Below, piece by piece: positions 58,156 through 64,000 of a stretch of 64,000 bases of DNA. The number at the start of each line of letters is the position of its first letter. The stretch's first letter is position 1. Both the position numbers and the translations under genes were made by a program. The notes below the pieces were generated by a model. That model saw only the letters and a program-made list of their open reading frames with translations, did not search any database and had not been told where the DNA came from. The stretch is from assembly GCF_009914755.1 (NCBI RefSeq), contig NC_060929.1. One strand, 5' to 3'. Source of the stretch: the human T2T-CHM13v2.0 reference genome, Homo sapiens.

Positions 58156-59059
58156 TAATTTTGAAAATATATATTTCTTTTTCCCCCAAAGATAGTGGAA
58201 ACAAGGAAGGCTTCCCAGAGGCAGAGGCTTGAGTCAAGTCTTTGATAAGGCAAAGAAATGGAGGAAGATTATTAAAAAAGAGAATATGATTTCATACCCA
58301 AATCACACGGGTATGAAACAACAGGATCTGCTGATGTGGTGACGTGCACCTAAAGTCCCAGCTGCCTGGAAGTCTGAGGCTGGATGATTGCTTGAGCCCA
58401 GGGGTTTGAGGCTGCAGTAATCTATGATTGTGCCACCACACTAGCCTGGGTGACAGAGTAAGACCCGGTCTCAAAAACAAACAAACAAACAAAAACAGGA
58501 TTTGTTTGGGAGAATGCAAGTTCTGTTTGTGGCATCCCTAGGGTGTGGGGTGTCCAAGGGCATGAGATGGAGCTAGAGAGGTGAACAGGATTCAGAATCA
58601 GAAAAGGCCTTGGGTGCTAATGTGAGAAATTTGAAATTTATCCTCCATATTATGGGAAGCCATTATAGGATTTTTCAGTTTCTTCTTTTATTTATTTACT
58701 TTTTTGAGACAGAGTCTTGCTCTGTTACCCAGGCTGGAGTGCAATGGCACAGTCTCGGCTCACTGCAACCTTCGCCTCTGGGTTCAAGCAATTCTCCTGC
58801 TTCAGCCTCTTGAGTAGCTGGGATTACAGGCATGCACCACCACGCCTGGCTAATTTTTGTATTTTTAGTAGAGATGGGGCTTTACCATGTTGGCAAGGCT
58901 AGTCTTGAACTCCTGACCTTAGGTGATCTGCCCGCCTTGGGCTCCCAAAAGTGCTGGGATTACAGGCGTGAGCCACCATGCCCGGCCCCCAGTTTCTTCC
59001 TTTAAATTAAAGCAGTTGTGTTTATGTTTCTAAATATCCTCCTAAAAATTTTACATCTT

Positions 59060-59445
59060 AAAAGCAGTAGGTTTGAGTCCTTACTTTACGTTACACTTAC
59101 CTGTGGTATTTTTTAAAATATAGATGAATAAACTCCACCTCATTCAGATTCCAATTCAATTAGTCTAGGGATGGGGCCCAGGCATCAGCATTTTTTAAAG
59201 GGCATCAGGGGATTCTAAATTCAACCAGGGTTGAAAATTATTGCTTTTATGGTGAATTGCTTCAACCAAATAATCAGATCAACATCTGACTGAGAACTGT
59301 CTAGGACAGCAGCTGCTTCAACTTTGATGTGCATGTGAATCACCTGGAAATCTGACTCAGCTTCAGTAAGTCGGGGTGGAGCCTGAGATTCTGCATTCCT
59401 AACAAACTCCCAGGTGTTGCTGATGGTGCCAATAGAGATGGTCTA
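59060..59445. mobile_element. MER5-type (hAT-Charlie) fragments
   Basis: gaatcacctggaaatctg...ggggtggagcctgagattctgcattcctaacaaactcccaggtg and gggcccaggcatcagcattttt motifs. Confidence 0.7.
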
Positions 59446-60293
59446 GACTCTAGGATGAAGAGGAAGGGGTTTGAATGGAAGTATGGAGGAGTCGTTTGGA
59501 AACACTGGCACCTGTAGAGTAATTCTTGCTGGGGCATACTTTCTTTGGAAAAAATCAGACAACACAAGAACAGTAGATAGACAGAGGGTGCAGGGGAAGA
59601 GGAGAGAGGTGGGAGACACCAAGGAAGAACATGCATTAGGGGCCTGGGAGAGGGAGGAGGGGGAGGGAAAGGATGTCACCAGACCATCTCAGAGTAAAGG
59701 TCTTGGGCAACTTATTTAATTTCTTTAAGCCTCATTTTCTAGCATGTCTCAAATACAGTGGCTCACCTGCATCAGAGCCAACTAAGGGTACTTATCAAAC
59801 ATTAGGATTTGCAGTTTTTCCAACCTAGTCCGAATGATTCAGAATGAAGGAGGAGGAAGGGTAAGAACCTGCACTTACAGCAAGCACACCAGGTTATTAT
59901 TATGTACCTTCAATGTGGAGAACTGGAACTCTGATTGTTAAAATAAGATAGCAAGCACCCAGAACACATGAAGTGCTCAATAGGTGGTAACCATGGTGAT
60001 GATGATGGTAATGGTGATACAGTAAACATCTCTGGTCCAGCCCAGACTTGGCAGAACAAGAGTTTTATGCATCCTACTCTTTCAGATGAGATCGGTAGGA
60101 TGGTATGGTTGTAGACCATCCTACTCTTTCAAATTGGTCCCTACCAAAGATGTCTGCCAGCTGCTTGCCACAGGAAAAGTGGGGGCACTTCCACATGATT
60201 ATATTTCTCTTGACTTCTCCAGCTTTCTCAAAAGGTCCTTTTCAAGGGGAACTCATTAAACAATGTGTTCTCAAAGAACATTTATTATGATGG

Positions 60294-60967
60294 TGTAAAA
60301 CCGAAGAAAATGAGGTGAGTCTCAACTACTTTAGAGGTTTATTTTGCCAAGATTGGGGGCATGCATAACAAAAAGCACAAAATCACAAGAACATCTGTGA
60401 TCTGTGCTTTTTTCCAAAGAGGGTTTGGGGACTTCCATTTTTAAAGAGGAAAGAGTGGGCAGTCAGGGAAAGAAGAAAGAAAAAAAAAGGCAGGGGCAGG
60501 AGAATAAATAAAAGAGGCAAGCAGTTGCATTCTTTTGAGGCTTTGATCAGCGCTCATTGAATTCACATTTTATGTGCTAAAAGGGGGTAGAGGAATAGTC
60601 AACTGTGCATTCTTCTGTAGCTCTGTGAATCTGCATTTTACAGAAGATAAAGTAAACTTAGAGTAGAAGAAGCAATCAAGTATGCATTTGTCTCAGGTGA
60701 GTGGAGGGATGACTCTCCTCCTCTCTTTGTCCCTTACCTATGAAGAGACGTTGTTGATGTACATAGGGTGAAATTCAGCAGAACTCTGTTTTAGGGTAAA
60801 GATCTTGGGGCCCACAAGGAATTTCCAGGCCCTCCAGGAGACTTATCGTTGTAGCTCTCTATTTAGGAACAAAATGGGAGGCAGTTTTGTGCAATTCAGT
60901 TCCCAATCTTAATTTTTCCCTTTGGCACAGTGAGTTTGGGGTTTCAAGATTTCTTTTTCCTTTCACA
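60294..60967 (-). mobile_element. MER4-group solo LTR
   Basis: tgtaaaacc...ttcctttcaca termini with a perfect TSD ATGG; similar to the MER4A copies at 7.1-8.4 kb. Confidence 0.82.
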
Positions 60968-61752
60968 ATGGAAAGTGTCTACTATATAATATTAACTTTA
61001 AACAACAGAATGTTTGATTGGCCCAAATTTGGTGTAAAAATTGCGGCAGAATGAATTTTTAAGGTATTGCTTTGTTTCTACTTGCAGTTTTTAATTTTCT
61101 GCACCCCCATCAAGAAGAGAACAGGCTCCTTTTCAAAGGGAAGGTCTGTGATGGGGTAGAAAGCAAAAGTTCAGCCTGGCCAACATGGCAAAACCTCCAC
61201 TCTACAAAAAATACAAAAATTAGCTGGTGTGGTGGCACATGTCTGTAGTCCCTGTTACTTGGGAGGCTGAGGTGGGAGGATTGATTGAACCTAGGAGGTC
61301 AAGGTTGCAGTGAGCTGTGATTGCATCACTGTACTCCACTCTGGGTGACAGAACAAGATCTTATCTCAAAAAAAAAAAAATTGCCAGAAAACCACTTCAC
61401 TTTCTAGCTTTTGTTTTCAAAAGTCTAAACCATTGAGACAATTATGTTCGGTGCCTCCAGGGAAACTGTGGGAATTGCTCTTGAAGTAAATACTCCCCTC
61501 GCCCTGAGGAAAACACTTTCTTAGGGACTAAAAAGAGATTCCCTTGAGCACTAGGAGAAAGAGGTGTGTGGGTCCCCAGGGGCAGATGGGCATATGACCT
61601 TTCTGGAGAATCCTCTTCTAATAGCTAACCTTTTCTCAGCTTCTCCTTCATCAACTAAGGGTGCACCCTGGGTTTCTACTATCTCCTTTTGCAAATCTTG
61701 GATTGTGTTCTCTGATTTTCCTTTGGAATACAGAATCCATTATCTTGAGGCA

Positions 61753-62308
61753 TTTAAACAAAAAATAAAGTTCTAAGCCCCTCTAATTATCTAAATGGAC
61801 TTCCTCCTCACCCAGGGCTCTTAAAATTTAACCTGAAAGACTGGTTCAGGTCATGAAGGGAAGTGGGGGTCTGACGTGCCTCATTGTACCTCTTTGGCAT
61901 TAATATCAACACAGACTTTAAGACTGGTAAGAAACATTTTACAACCTATTCTCTCTGAAGCCTGCTAGCTAAAAGCTTCATCTGCATAGTAAAACTTTGG
62001 TCTCTACCACCTCTTATTGCAACCTAGACATTCTTCTCTGTTGATCCCAGGTCTTCAGACAAACTCAACCAATTGTCAACCAGAAAATGTTAAAATTTAC
62101 GGCTTTTCTGGACCAAACCAATGTATTTCTTAAATGTATTTGATTGATGTCTCATGCTTCCCTAAAATGTATAAAACCAAGCTGCACCACCTTGGGCACA
62201 TGTTCTCAGGACCTCCTGAGGGCTGTGTCATGGGTCATGGTCACTCATATTTTGTTCAGAATAAATCTCTCCAAAACATGTTACAGAGTTTGACTTTTTT
62301 CATTGACA
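61753..62308 (+). mobile_element. MER4-group (MER4D/E-like) solo LTR
   Basis: aaacaaaaaataaagttctaagcccc...cattgaca; TSD ggca/gaca; AATAAA near 62260. Confidence 0.8.
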
Positions 62309-62439
62309 GACATCAGCCAAAATTTTAACATCCATATACGTACGCATGGAAGAAAGACTGGAAGACTGGAAACCCACCAAGGTGTTTACCACAGATGGTG
62401 ACATTGTCGGTGATTTAAATTTTTTTTTTTTTTTTTTGA

Positions 62440-62595
<156 letters not shown>

Positions 62596-63379
62596 TAGTG
62601 GAGACAGGGTTTCTCCATGTTGAGGCTGGTCTTGAACCCCTGACCTCAGGTGATCCACCCGCCTCGGCCTCCCAAAGTCCTGGGATTACAGGTGTGAGCC
62701 ACCGCGCCCACCCTAAATTTTTTCTTTATATTTTAAATTTTGATGTTTCAACAATGAACAATAATCAGAAAAAAGCGCTATGTTGTTTATTTTTAGTAGA
62801 GAATTCCCTGAAGTCTAACTTTAAATGTCTCTCTTCCTCCCTTACAAACCCTATTCTTACAAACTGTAGTGTCTTTTTCTCTGAGACCACTTATTTAGCC
62901 ATGCGTGGCCACTCCCCCTCTGCATTGTCAGTTATTTCTTAAAATGACCCTAGCACCTAGCATAGCACCAACAAATCAGAGAAGTCAAGCGCATGTTTTC
63001 TGAAATGAACCTGTCTTGAGAATGCCCAGGATTTTCTTTGTTAATATCATCACCGTTTTAAAACTTGTTTACGGTACAAGTATAGCACCAACCAAATAAC
63101 AGAGCCATTTGCCCCTTCATGGAAAGAGAGCAACTTATAATATGCTAGTCCCTGGAGTTCCTCAGGAATAAGGAAATTATCTAAAGGAGGAGTTATTGCC
63201 AAACATCCCTATCAACAATTCCCAAATGATAGAAATTTGGTCATCAAATATTATCTAGTGCCATCAAAGAAACAATTGAAAGTTAAAGCCCAATGACAGT
63301 TTAAAAAAAAACCCCTGATGTCCAACTTACCCTGATGTCCAATGGCTTACCATTTTAATTTTTTAATTTTTAAATTATT

Positions 63380-64000
63380 TAAAATTTTTTGTGGGTATAT
63401 AGTAGGTGTATATAGGGTATATGAAAGGTTTTAATACAGGCATGCAATGTGAAATAAGCACATCATAAAGAATAGGGTATCCTTTCCCCCAAACATTTAT
63501 TCTTTGAGTTAAAAGCAATCCAATTACATTAAGTTATTTTAAAATATAGAGGGGTTTTTTTGCTTTCCCTTTCTTTCTTTCTTTTCTTCCTTTTTTTTTT
63601 TTTTTTTTTTTGAGACAGAGTTTGGCACTGTTGTCCAGACTGGAGTGCAGTGGCATGCTCACTGCAATCTCCGCCTCCCAGGTTCAAGTGACTCTCCTGC
63701 CTCAGCCTCCTGAGTAGCTGGGATTACAGGCACCCACCACCACGCCTGGCTAATTTTTGTATTTTTAGTAGAGATGGGGTTTCACCATGTTGGCCAGGCT
63801 GCTCTTGAACTCCTGACCTCAAGTGATCCACTTGCCTCGGCCTCTTAAGGTGACGGATTACAGGTGCGAGCCACCAGACCCAACCATTATACAGTTATTT
63901 TATTATTGACTATAGTCACCCTGTTGTGCTGTCAAATAGCAGGTCTTATTCATTCCTTTTAACTGTTTTTTGTACCCATTAATCATCCCCACCGTCCTCC
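63380..64000 (-). mobile_element. L1MA 3'-end fragment interrupted by an Alu (63570-63883)
   Basis: gtgggtatatagtaggtgtatat...tattgactatagtcaccctgttgtgc, typical of an L1MA 3' UTR. Confidence 0.8.

Overview
Human (primate) genomic DNA matching the chr5q13 F2RL1-S100Z locus. It contains the large coding exon and 3' UTR of F2RL1 (PAR2) and a reverse-strand 7SL retro-pseudogene. Most of S100Z is also here: two probable non-coding 5' exons and both coding exons (99 aa). A splice donor 2 nt after the S100Z stop codon points to a terminal exon that I could not locate in the window. The rest is dense with transposable elements: about 55 Alus, L1/L2/MIR relics, Tigger3, an intact MSTA provirus, several ERV solo LTRs and a 7.1-kb two-LTR HERV-H provirus antisense in the last S100Z intron. 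I found no wholly new gene system. The best leads are (1) a TATA/GAS promoter with a micro-exon 0.65 kb upstream of the first S100Z coding exon, (2) an LTR-derived 5' UTR exon carrying a minimal uORF, (3) a 37-bp G-rich minisatellite and a non-His PBS in the HERV-H leader, (4) a triple-octamer LTR upstream of the HERV-H promoter, and (5) a MER4A LTR inserted in reverse into another MER4A LTR. Repeat subfamily names come from recalled consensus sequences, not from a search.
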